19,368 nucleotides of DNA from Promethearchaeota archaeon (GTDB taxonomy: Archaea; Asgardarchaeota; Hermodarchaeia; Hermodarchaeales; Hermodarchaeaceae): the NCBI GenBank assembly GCA_048939625.1, contig JBHLPH010000030.1, positions 1-19,368 on the forward strand, read 5' to 3'. The position numbers and the translations under genes are program-made. The notes below the pieces were generated by a model, which made no database searches, was not told where the DNA came from, and worked only from the letters and a program-made list of their open reading frames with translations. Below, piece after piece: positions 1 through 8,249 of this stretch (positions are counted from its first letter, which is position 1; each line of letters begins with the position of its first letter).

Positions 1-489
1 TCCTTGCTAGTTAATGGTACCGTAGTACCCTTCCCATGGATGTTCTTCCAACTCCCAGCAATCATCGTGTGCCTCACCTTTGTAATCACTGGAATATTTG
101 ATGGTGCAGTGAATGTAGTCCAGCAGCGGCTAATCCTGGATTTGATTCCTGATCGAACCCGAAATTCCCTATACAGCCTGTTTCCAACACTTACACTGAT
201 TTTCGCGGCACCTCAACTAATATTCTTCAGCAGTCTTCTTCCAGTCGTGGGTCCCTCTCCTATTCTCATCGGCCTTAGCCTTGTCAGCACCAGTGGGTGC
301 ATGTTCATTGCCCTTGGAATGCACTATAGACCAAAATCTAAGGAGCCAGAGAAACGGTCCATAAAAGACTCGGCGAAAGAGGTAAAGGAACCTTCGGAGC
401 CCCAAAAAGAAGGAGCTCAAGAAAATTCCATCGAGCTTCCAGATGAAATACCCCCAAAGAGAGCAGAAGAAACTCATGAAGAGGTGTAG
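1..489 (+). CDS. MFS transporter, C-terminal part (5'-truncated by the window)
   Basis: Frame is open from base 1. Three hydrophobic helices with an MFS-like loop 'LIPDRTRNSLYSL' between TM10 and TM11, then a charged, low-complexity cytoplasmic tail. Confidence 0.75.
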   Translation, partial: SLLVNGTVVPFPWMFFQLPAIIVCLTFVITGIFDGAVNVVQQRLILDLIPDRTRNSLYSLFPTLTLIFAAPQLIFFSSLLPVVGPSPILIGLSLVSTSGCMFIALGMHYRPKSKEPEKRSIKDSAKEVKEPSEPQKEGAQENSIELPDEIPPKRAEETHEEV

Positions 490-582
490 AGCTATTCTTA
501 GGTGACGTTTTTGTTTGGTTATGTTGGAGCAAAAAAGTAAACGATTTATAGTGGTCCTAATTTTGCTTGTTAGTATTCAACT

Positions 583-598
583 AAAGAAGGATATTAAG
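583..598 (+). promoter_or_regulatory. Candidate archaeal BRE/TATA promoter for the GNAT-OB gene
   Basis: Purine-rich AAAGAAGG followed by ATATTAAG (591-598), about 29 nt upstream of ATG 627. An alternative TTTATA lies at 545-550. Confidence 0.35.
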
Positions 599-626
599 GC
601 GTTTTCCCGATTTCGTGGTGTTAGGA

Positions 627-1424
627 ATGAATCAATCTCGTGATGTGTCTCTACAGAATGCATCGATTGCAGATGCGGAGATCCTGACAAATACATGTAA
701 GAGAGCATTTGAGTCGGACTTGGAGTTTGGTGCACCTGGTCCGGGTGGACCACCCGGATATGACTCGATTGAATGGAATACTAAGGTAATTCAAAATAAG
801 TGGCTGCAGTATCGTAAGATTCTGTTGGGTTCAGAGGTTGTTGGGGGATTCATTGTAGGAAATCGAGGGCCTGGGTATCAAGTCTGTGAGAGAATCTGGA
901 TCGATCCAGATTATATGAGAAGTGGGATTGCGACAAAGGCTTTCGAACTTGTCTGGGAGCTATACACGTCTGCAGATTTGTGGGTGTTAGGGACTCCAGA
1001 GTGGAATGTTCGAACGAATCCATTCTATAAGACTCTGGGATTTGTCCAGATTGGGACCACCCATGATAATCCCACGTGGACCGGCATCTACTATGAAAAA
1101 CGGATTTCCGATGAATTTCCACAAGCCATGTCACGGATTGCAGATATCCAGAACGGTCAGCAGAGAGTTCTGGTTGAAGGAATGGTGGAGGAGATCTCAA
1201 AGCCTCGCACGGTTTTTTCGAAAAAGACTGGTGAAGAGCTCAAGGTTGCTGAAATAAGGTTTTCAGATGAGACGGGTTCTATCAAACTTGTCATCTGGAA
1301 TGAGCAGATTAGACAGGTAAAAGAGAACACATCTATTCGAATCGAAGAAGGGTATGTCAAAGAATTCAGAAATGAACTCCAGCTTAGTATCGGGAAATGG
1401 GGAATGATCATCACACTACTTTAA
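627..1424 (+). CDS. GNAT N-acetyltransferase fused to a C-terminal SSB/RPA-type OB-fold domain
   Basis: GNAT motif A 'IWIDPDYMRSGIATK' and motif B 'NPFYKTLGF'. The last ~98 aa ('DETGSIKLVIWNEQ...IRIEEGYVKEFRNELQLSIGK') match the archaeal SSB/RPA OB pattern. ATG 627 follows GGTG (617-620); GTG 615 is an alternative start. Confidence 0.88.
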   Translation: MNQSRDVSLQNASIADAEILTNTCKRAFESDLEFGAPGPGGPPGYDSIEWNTKVIQNKWLQYRKILLGSEVVGGFIVGNRGPGYQVCERIWIDPDYMRSGIATKAFELVWELYTSADLWVLGTPEWNVRTNPFYKTLGFVQIGTTHDNPTWTGIYYEKRISDEFPQAMSRIADIQNGQQRVLVEGMVEEISKPRTVFSKKTGEELKVAEIRFSDETGSIKLVIWNEQIRQVKENTSIRIEEGYVKEFRNELQLSIGKWGMIITLL

Positions 1425-1595
1425 ACTATTTCAGCAATTGTTACAGGGCTTGACGAGTAAGGAGTTTCACCAACACTCATTTTTGGGCAGCATCGAGACG
1501 TCCGTATTGTGCGGAGTCGAAGTAGCAGCTTAGTGGTTCTTTTTCTAGGTTGCTGAGAGAAGAAGCTATTAGCAGGATGCATTACTGCGTAGGTC

Positions 1596-2408
1596 ATGAA
1601 GTTTGGGATTAGCATCGCTAATTTCGGAGTTAGTGTTCGACCACAGGATTATGCGAGGTTAGCGCGAGAAGCCGAAGAGGTTGGCTGGGATGGCTTCTTT
1701 CTCTGGGATCATGTTCATTTTGGACGAGGGAATTCCAACCTTGATCCGTGGATTGTACTTGCGGCCATTGCATGCAATACGGAAAGTATTCGGATAGGCA
1801 CTCATATCACACCGCTTCCGCGTAGGCGTCCGCAAAAGGTAGCGAGAGAAGCCGTCTCACTCGATTATCTATCTGATGGCCGCATGATTCTCGGAGTTGG
1901 GCTTGGAGAACCTTCCAAGACAGAGTTTGCAGTGTTTGGAGAACCGACTGACCTCAAGGTCCGAGCGAAGATGCTTGATGAATCCTTAGAGATTATCACA
2001 TGTCTTTGGTCGGGTAAGCCTTGTAACTATGAAGGAGTCTACCGAAAGGCGATGGGAGTGAGGTTTGAGCCACAGCCACTCCAGAAGCCACGGATCCCCA
2101 TCTGGGTGGGAGGTAGATGGCCTAAAAAGGGTGCATTTAAACGGGCGGCGCGGTTTGATGGGGTTACCCCAATTGGGGTTGGGAATCCATCACGATTTCA
2201 AGCCATGATGGAGTATGTGAATAGGCATCGTAAAAATAAGGGAAAATTTGACTGGATCTGTTACAACCCATATCTGTCGAAGCCGAAACGGAATCAGGTC
2301 GCATCTGAATACAAAGATATTGGGGCAACGTGGTATCTCGAATCGTGGGGAGCTCTCCCTTTGGACCGTCAGCTCAAGAGACTGGCACGAGGTCCTCCTG
2401 ACATCTAA
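1596..2408 (+). CDS. LLM-class (luciferase-like) flavin/F420-dependent oxidoreductase
   Basis: 'AEEVGWDGFFLWDH', 'DPWIVLAAIA..TESIRIGT', 'LDYLSDGRMILGVGLG' and 'PQPLQKPRIPIWVGG' are LLM family signatures. Confidence 0.93.
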   Translation: MKFGISIANFGVSVRPQDYARLAREAEEVGWDGFFLWDHVHFGRGNSNLDPWIVLAAIACNTESIRIGTHITPLPRRRPQKVAREAVSLDYLSDGRMILGVGLGEPSKTEFAVFGEPTDLKVRAKMLDESLEIITCLWSGKPCNYEGVYRKAMGVRFEPQPLQKPRIPIWVGGRWPKKGAFKRAARFDGVTPIGVGNPSRFQAMMEYVNRHRKNKGKFDWICYNPYLSKPKRNQVASEYKDIGATWYLESWGALPLDRQLKRLARGPPDI

Positions 2409-2468
2409 TGCTTAATCAAATACATAGGAGAAGAATCAAGTATCGAATTGAAAAATGGGGATATTAAG

Positions 2469-3269
2469 ATGGAGCCTTCTGTTGGCGTCTTAGAAGCGTT
2501 TGGTGTTTGTGGCAGCCCGATTCCATTGCCGGGTGGTCAAAGAACGACATTTCGTGTGGGGGACATCGTTCTGAAGCCTGCACAAAGTGAGGTTGAGGCG
2601 ATCTGGGTGATTGAAGTCTTGGATGGAATTGTGGAAGATGCGTTTCGTGTTCCTCATTTCCTGTCTTCAGATACTGGAGAGTTGCTTGTTGATGGGTGGA
2701 TGGCGTACGAGTTTCTTCCGGGAAAGATGGTGCAAGATCATTGGATTGAAAAGCGCGAGGTACTTGAACGGTTTCATTGGGTCTTGAAAGATGTGCCATT
2801 TCCCCCGTTTTTCGCACATCGAGATGACCCTTGGGCACTGGCAGATTTCATGGTTTGGGGAGAAATGCCGATTAGCTGCCATGCACGGTTAAAACCTGCT
2901 GTTGAGAAGTTGGTTGGGTTCTTGGAACCGATTGAGGTTACGAACCAGATAATCCAAGGAGATCCGGATAATATACTGTTTGCAGAAAACTTTCCGCCTG
3001 CGATAATTGATTTTTGTCCTTATTGGCGACCAGCCAACTTTGCCTTAGCCGTGTTAGTCGTTGATAAGTTAGTTTGGAGTGGAGCAGATGAATCGATTGT
3101 GCAGGTTTTTGCCGATATTCCGGAGTTTCCTCAGTTGTTGATAAGAGCGGAGCTGCGTCGTGTGCTTGAGATTGATGGGCATTTTCACCAGTTTGGAAAA
3201 GACTGTTTAGATGAAGTAGATGCCCATTTACCTACAATTGGGTTCATTTGTTCATTGGCACAAGGTTAG
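2469..3269 (+). CDS. Aminoglycoside-phosphotransferase-like kinase (TIGR02569-like)
   Basis: 'VLEAFG...PLPGGQ....RVGDIVLKP', catalytic-loop-like 'QIIQGDPDNILF' and 'PAIIDFCPYWRP'. ATG 2469 follows GGGGA (the ORF track starts at TTG 2448). Confidence 0.8.
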   Translation: MEPSVGVLEAFGVCGSPIPLPGGQRTTFRVGDIVLKPAQSEVEAIWVIEVLDGIVEDAFRVPHFLSSDTGELLVDGWMAYEFLPGKMVQDHWIEKREVLERFHWVLKDVPFPPFFAHRDDPWALADFMVWGEMPISCHARLKPAVEKLVGFLEPIEVTNQIIQGDPDNILFAENFPPAIIDFCPYWRPANFALAVLVVDKLVWSGADESIVQVFADIPEFPQLLIRAELRRVLEIDGHFHQFGKDCLDEVDAHLPTIGFICSLAQG

Positions 3270-3288
3270 AAGACTTCAGAAGCAGAGG

Positions 3289-3939
3289 TTAAATTTTTAA
3301 TTTCTTATTCTTCTCAGGAATAAGGCATTTCGCTTTGGGAAACTCGGTTTTGAAGTGTTTACAGAAGCCTTTGGGACTTCGAAAGACCCAGTGCATAGGA
3401 ACAATGGTTGGTAGGGGTCGATCGAATTTCGTTAACTCCTCTATGGCCCGTTTGGGAGATGCTGTAAATCCTCCGAAAATCGGTATAGCAAGAACATCGA
3501 GTTTAGCCCTTGCAAACCCACCGAATCGGACAGCATCACCAACGTGTCCGAAGGCAAATTCATCAGTTCGGACGATGACACCAAGATTCATTTTGCCTTT
3601 AGTAACGCCATGAGGCTCCTCTATAAATCTTAAGCTCCATGGACCTTGTTGGACAAACTCACCTGATGAGACGACAATGGTTCGGTGGGTCCAATGTTTG
3701 AATTTCTTCGCAACTTGAGTGCTGCCCATTAGGAAGGCGACTGGATTTTGTTCCATGAAGACATTCACGCCACCAGTATGATCTGGGTGGTCGTGTGTGC
3801 AGTAGACGATATCGCCTTCACGGTCACCCGAGGCTTTGTTCTGTGGATCAATTACGATAGATGAATCTTGAAATTCTAGAAGAAACCCAGAATTGCCGAG
3901 AAAAGTGAGGAGTGGTTTTGTTTGCAAAGCGTTTCTCAA
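3289..3939 (-). CDS. MBL-fold metallo-hydrolase (UlaG/UPF0173-like)
   Basis: HxHxDH motif 'THDHPDH', 'IVIDP', 'HVGD' and 'PMHW'. Confidence 0.9.
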   Translation of the reverse strand: MRNALQTKPLLTFLGNSGFLLEFQDSSIVIDPQNKASGDREGDIVYCTHDHPDHTGGVNVFMEQNPVAFLMGSTQVAKKFKHWTHRTIVVSSGEFVQQGPWSLRFIEEPHGVTKGKMNLGVIVRTDEFAFGHVGDAVRFGGFARAKLDVLAIPIFGGFTASPKRAIEELTKFDRPLPTIVPMHWVFRSPKGFCKHFKTEFPKAKCLIPEKNKKLKI

Positions 3940-4080
3940 CTCGTTTTACAGAGGTTGGTGCTTTTAACAGGCTTAAAGACTAAAAGCGTAACTTCTCTGT
4001 CAGAAATGGTGGGAATAACTTTATTCTGAAGTTGGGTGCCCATTGGGAAATACGAAAATGAAGCTCGTTCCAACTGGACA

Positions 4081-4893
4081 TCAAAAGCGTATTGAACAGC
4101 CCTTCGATTTTAAGAATCGAAGCCAATCTTCAAACTCTGGAGCAAGTCTGTGGATTGAGTTTTTTTCGAGACGCAGCACTTTGAGAGATATGAGCTTAGT
4201 GATGCTTGGAGGGAGCCTAGAGAGTTTGTTTGAATGGACAGAAAGAACTTCAAGTGCACTAAGGCGACCGATTTCCTCTGGCAGGGCCTTGAGTTTGTTA
4301 TTGTGAAGAATCAACCTTCGAAGGTTAGTCAGTTTACAAAAGGTTTCGGGGATGGATGTAAGTTGGTTTGTCGAAGCAATGAAATCCCATAAGTTAGTAA
4401 GCTGTCCAATGCTATCTGGGATAGACTCTAACTGAACGTTGAGAAGACCTAATCTTTCAAGAGATTGAAGACTCCCAATATTTTGGGGAAGGGCTGGAAT
4501 GAAATTTCGAGAGAGATCAAAACGACGAAGCTGGTGGAGATTTCCAATACGTTCAGGAAGGTAGGTGATGTGGTTATTGAAGATGTCAAGATTCTTTAGG
4601 TTTGAGAGATTTCCGATGACGGATGGAAGATTAAGGAGTCTATTATCTCGAAGGTAGAGATGTTCAAGATGGGTAAGCGCTTGAATCGAATCGGGCAGAT
4701 TAGTTAATCTCTTTTTATGTAGACTTAAACCAACGACATGTTTATTCTGATATGCAAATCCAGTTTTGTAAAAAGCGATTCCGCCCGAAGGAATTGGCTG
4801 GGAAAGTAGTTCTTCAATTTCCTGTAGAACCGCAACCTCGCTGCTATAGAGTTGGATACCGCGATAAAATGAAGTAATCTTTTTGCTTGACAT
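4081..4893 (-). CDS. Leucine-rich repeat protein (~9 repeats of 23 aa)
   Basis: Tandem LxLxxNxLxxLPxxIGxLxxL repeats, with an N-cap ('EVAVLQEIEELL...GFAYQNKHVVGLSL') of the kind common in Asgard LRR proteins. Confidence 0.95.
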   Translation of the reverse strand: MSSKKITSFYRGIQLYSSEVAVLQEIEELLSQPIPSGGIAFYKTGFAYQNKHVVGLSLHKKRLTNLPDSIQALTHLEHLYLRDNRLLNLPSVIGNLSNLKNLDIFNNHITYLPERIGNLHQLRRFDLSRNFIPALPQNIGSLQSLERLGLLNVQLESIPDSIGQLTNLWDFIASTNQLTSIPETFCKLTNLRRLILHNNKLKALPEEIGRLSALEVLSVHSNKLSRLPPSITKLISLKVLRLEKNSIHRLAPEFEDWLRFLKSKGCSIRF

Positions 4894-4900
4894 CGTCGAA

Positions 4901-5530
4901 TTACTCTTCTTGGGAAGGTTTTGGCCTTCGGATTCGCGGGAAGAATCGTCCGGTTCGGTTCATATAAGTTTGATATTGAGCTCCGAACTCATTGAGGAGC
5001 ATTTGTTCTTCACGTTTCGAGATGGGATAAAGTGAGAAGCAGACTACGAGTCCGAAGATGGTTACGAAAAGATTAGCAGCAAGGAGCACAGTAGCCAAGG
5101 TAAAGAGAATGAATGTTGTATACATTGGATGACGGATCCGAGAATAGGGACCACTAGTCATGAGCTTGTGTTGAGTTTGGATTTCTAATTCAGCGGAGTA
5201 GAAACGATCAAGAGTTCGGTGAGTCCAAACTAGCAACGGAATTACGCTGAAGCCTAGAATTACACCCGCCCACCGAAGAAGGTAGGGGAAGGGTAAGGGA
5301 AACCAAGGTATCCAAGGTGGAATGAGCAAAAAGAGAGCATATGCGACAAACATTCCCACAATACCAATGGAGATTGTGACGTGAGCCCAGGTTCGAGGAG
5401 GACGTTTAGCGGGTGTATCACTGAATGCCTTTTGCGTCTTTGCCGTTTTACGTCGGTAATAGATACGAAACCCCCCAAAAAGGAGGTATAGGACGACAAA
5501 GAGAAGACGAAAGAGGAGTTCTTCGAACAA
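4901..5530 (-). CDS. Isoprenylcysteine carboxyl methyltransferase (ICMT/Ste14/PEMT) family membrane methyltransferase
   Basis: 'HKLMTSGPYSRIRHPMYT' and 'KREEQMLLNEFGAQYQTYMNRTGRFFP' motifs and several TM helices. Likely start is TTG 5530 (GGTGG RBS upstream) or GTG 5539, not 5926. Confidence 0.88.
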   Translation of the reverse strand: MFEELLFRLLFVVLYLLFGGFRIYYRRKTAKTQKAFSDTPAKRPPRTWAHVTISIGIVGMFVAYALFLLIPPWIPWFPLPFPYLLRWAGVILGFSVIPLLVWTHRTLDRFYSAELEIQTQHKLMTSGPYSRIRHPMYTTFILFTLATVLLAANLFVTIFGLVVCFSLYPISKREEQMLLNEFGAQYQTYMNRTGRFFPRIRRPKPSQEE

Positions 5531-5659
5531 TCCAACCACCGCCCTATGGTGAATCGAAGTCGTATTTGTATGCAATGATAGCGGGCATTTCATTGGGTTA
5601 GCCGGTAACATAAAGGTAAAAACGCGTGAATCTGGAATCCTGTGCAGTTGGTGATTGTT

Positions 5660-5881
5660 GTGGAACGCAACTCCCGACTTGAAGATCGGCTCGAAGTTGC
5701 AATGGGCTTTTTGGCGTTTGTCGGGGTTGGGATAGCAATGGGTATACCCTTCATTCTCATTTTCTCGAGTATACTGCTTCATATCCCATATCTTGAGGTC
5801 ATGGTTTTGATTTGTCAAGTGGGAGGTTGCATCATGACAGGTATTGCTTTGGGGTATTTCATTTGCCGCAAAGAAATGTGA
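5660..5881 (+). CDS. Small two-TM membrane protein (73 aa), hypothetical
   Basis: GGTGA RBS at 5650-5654 and GTG at 5660; two hydrophobic helices; fills the gap left once the ICMT start is corrected. Confidence 0.6.
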   Translation: MERNSRLEDRLEVAMGFLAFVGVGIAMGIPFILIFSSILLHIPYLEVMVLICQVGGCIMTGIALGYFICRKEM

Positions 5882-5940
5882 TTGCGACTCACTATTTCTA
5901 AAAAAGGAGGGAATGCAGATCAACAAGTGATTTGACGCTG

Positions 5941-6303
5941 CTAGGCGGCTTCTTCTGGGATGACGGCTCCGGCGATTATCACTAGTAAACCTGGAATCAC
6001 TCCTGTGAAGATGAGGGCAAGAACACCTGTTAAGATGAGTTTTTGTTTATATTCGGTGGGAGCGTCACGCCATCGAAGCCAGGAAATACCAAAGAGGAGC
6101 GCAAGGATTCCAAAGACTATCAGCGGAACACCAGGGATGAACACCCAGATCCAATCGAGGGGGTCACTGATGCCACCAAGGAGAAATCCTATGGCGGTGC
6201 CTATGCTGCTTCCAGCGCCTCCGATGAGGAGAAAGATAGCGATGATGATTTGGAATATTGCTCCAATGAGAATGAGAGTTGTTGCTGTTGTTTCGTCTGA
6301 CAT
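5941..6303 (-). CDS. Small membrane protein (3-4 TM, DUF4064-like), hypothetical
   Basis: Strongly hydrophobic and Gly-rich; ends 'GVIPGLLVIIAGAV'; GGAGG-like RBS upstream of the ATG. Confidence 0.75.
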   Translation of the reverse strand: MSDETTATTLILIGAIFQIIIAIFLLIGGAGSSIGTAIGFLLGGISDPLDWIWVFIPGVPLIVFGILALLFGISWLRWRDAPTEYKQKLILTGVLALIFTGVIPGLLVIIAGAVIPEEAA

Positions 6304-6404
6304 CAGAAGGAAATCCTCCGAATCATGTAAGAGTGGAGAGCCTTTGTTGCCTAAGTTTGCCTAATTAAGCCTTTGCGATATTTGAGGTTCTCTTGAGCCA
6401 GAAA

Positions 6405-7364
6405 CTAGAATGCATAAAGGCGTTGTCCATTTTCCCAATACAAATCCCTAAGTACGCGGTCCGGCAGATTAAGACCATTAATGAAGGTTCCTCCGCTTGC
6501 TTCAGTATCAGCATCTGGGAAAGGGAGAGGCGTATTTCTTTCAGTTGTTTCCCAAAGTATTCGCTGGGCAATATACCGTGCTTTGTAAGGAGACAAACCT
6601 GCGCGTTTGCCCCAGGATCTGTTTGCATTTAATGTTGAATCGGTTCCGAAGAGGATGCGTTTGGAAAACCGGATAAGAAAATTCCGAGCTGCATAAGGAT
6701 CTTTGCTCAGTTCACGAGCCATCCAGCGAGAAGACGCCGTATCAACAACAATATTATCAAAGGTTTCGAACCACGTGGCGAGACGAGGTAAGCGGTGGAT
6801 TTCTGGTTGCGCACCGAAATGGGCAAGTTGAAATTGAAGTTTGGGATTGTTCGCTATGAGCGTTTCTAATTCATCGAGATGCGCATCCTTTGTACCAAAG
6901 ACTTCAGTATTCGCGTAATTGGTAGCATAATAGGTATCCGGATCGGACATATGAAGAAGTAAAGGAAACCCTTCAGCAGCAAGTTTATCAAAAATAGGCT
7001 GATAGCGCTCATCGGTAATTCGAAAGTCGGCTTCATAATTTTTGAAGTAGTTACGCCAACCCGGAGCCGCCCACATCTTCGCCAGCGAGAACCCGTTTTC
7101 ACGCATCTGATCAATTTCAGAGAGAACAAAATCAATTTTTGAACCGATGATATTCTGGGTTGACAAATACTTGGCAAACACAAATTTTCCCGGATAATGT
7201 TGTTCAGTAAAATTCCGAACCGCAGTGAGATGAGCGATTACTAGCTGGGATTTGATTCCAAGTGTCTCTTGTTCTTCAATAGTTTGGTTGATATTAGTGG
7301 TTTCCCAGACATGGGTATGAGCATCAAAAATCGGACCTTTAAATTTGAAAGAGTGACCTTGCAA
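6405..7364 (-). CDS. Amidohydrolase-family (Amidohydro_2) TIM-barrel metallohydrolase
   Basis: 'IFDAHTH', 'PLLLHMSD', 'LAHFG', 'VDTAS', 'RILFGTD' and 'LYWENGQRL'. Confidence 0.9.
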   Translation of the reverse strand: MQGHSFKFKGPIFDAHTHVWETTNINQTIEEQETLGIKSQLVIAHLTAVRNFTEQHYPGKFVFAKYLSTQNIIGSKIDFVLSEIDQMRENGFSLAKMWAAPGWRNYFKNYEADFRITDERYQPIFDKLAAEGFPLLLHMSDPDTYYATNYANTEVFGTKDAHLDELETLIANNPKLQFQLAHFGAQPEIHRLPRLATWFETFDNIVVDTASSRWMARELSKDPYAARNFLIRFSKRILFGTDSTLNANRSWGKRAGLSPYKARYIAQRILWETTERNTPLPFPDADTEASGGTFINGLNLPDRVLRDLYWENGQRLYAF

Positions 7365-7470
7365 TTGCTAAATCGCCAGGGAACAATTCGGGGGGAGTGG
7401 AAAAGTGTGTTGGATTGTACTAATCCGTTGGATTCAGGTTAAAATTCGAAAATACGTTAAGCGAATACTC

Positions 7471-7797
7471 TTAGTCACCACGTGGATTTAAGGAGACGGG
7501 TTCAAACATCAAGACATATGAGGGTTCAAGGCTTTTGGGAGAATGCTCGACGCCTCGAGGAATCACGGTCATTTTTCCTTCCGTTAGAGTCAGATCAGGC
7601 TGTCCTTTTATACGAATGGTTATTTTCCCTTTCAAAATGAAGAAGAGTTCGTCAGCATTGGTGTGTTTGTGCATGGGAAACTCTCCATCGAAAAGAGCTA
7701 GCCGAATCACCTGATTATTTACTCGGGCAATTTCCTGAGGGTTCCAGGGTTGTTTCATTTGCTTGACATGTTCCCAAATGTCAATGATTGAAGTCAT
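7471..7797 (-). CDS. Cupin-domain protein
   Basis: 'GEFPMHKHTNADELFFILKG' and 'VIPRGVEHSP' metal-binding cupin motifs. ATG 7797 with a GAGG RBS avoids overlap with the upstream gene. Confidence 0.92.
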   Translation of the reverse strand: MTSIIDIWEHVKQMKQPWNPQEIARVNNQVIRLALFDGEFPMHKHTNADELFFILKGKITIRIKGQPDLTLTEGKMTVIPRGVEHSPKSLEPSYVLMFEPVSLNPRGD

Positions 7798-7844
7798 GAT
7801 CTTTGTCCTCGAGCCGTGGATACTGATTGTGTTGTGTCCATTCC

Positions 7845-8249
7845 TTATGTTCGCTTCGGTTCTGGTCGGCTGCAAAGGTTAATGAAAGCACCTAAGGCAC
7901 CCAAAAAGATGGCGAATAAAGTGATGCTCATGAATGCGCCGAACAGCGAGATGACACCGCCATAAGGCCATGATTTCTCGAAATAAATGATTGCAGCGCC
8001 TCCATACATGAGAAGCACTCCAATGACAATGATAACGTCGAGAATGAGATAGTTATAGATTTGGAATCCCATCCAAGGTGGAATTGAGGGAAGAAACACA
8101 AAGAGCTGAAGATAAACGCTGTAAATAATATTCATCGTTGCAATTAGGGCACCAAAAAAAACGAGGCCAAACGCAATATAACTTGAGGCAGAACGTGATT
8201 TAGCTTCAAGAGATACAGCAGTTGTAGGAACGAAAGGTAATTCGGTCAA
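7845..8249 (-). CDS. Hypothetical membrane protein (3-4 TM)
   Basis: Hydrophobic helices; GGTGA RBS upstream of TTG 8249. Confidence 0.7.
   Translation of the reverse strand: MTELPFVPTTAVSLEAKSRSASSYIAFGLVFFGALIATMNIIYSVYLQLFVFLPSIPPWMGFQIYNYLILDVIIVIGVLLMYGGAAIIYFEKSWPYGGVISLFGAFMSITLFAIFLGALGAFINLCSRPEPKRT

Noticed and set aside
5531-5926. Long N-terminal extension of the ICMT ORF (341-aa call)
   Set aside because: Composition is not protein-like, it overlaps a better plus-strand ORF, and an RBS-supported start exists at 5530/5539.
7798-7875. N-terminal extension of the cupin ORF
   Set aside because: Overlaps the upstream gene; ATG 7797 has an RBS and gives a typical cupin length.
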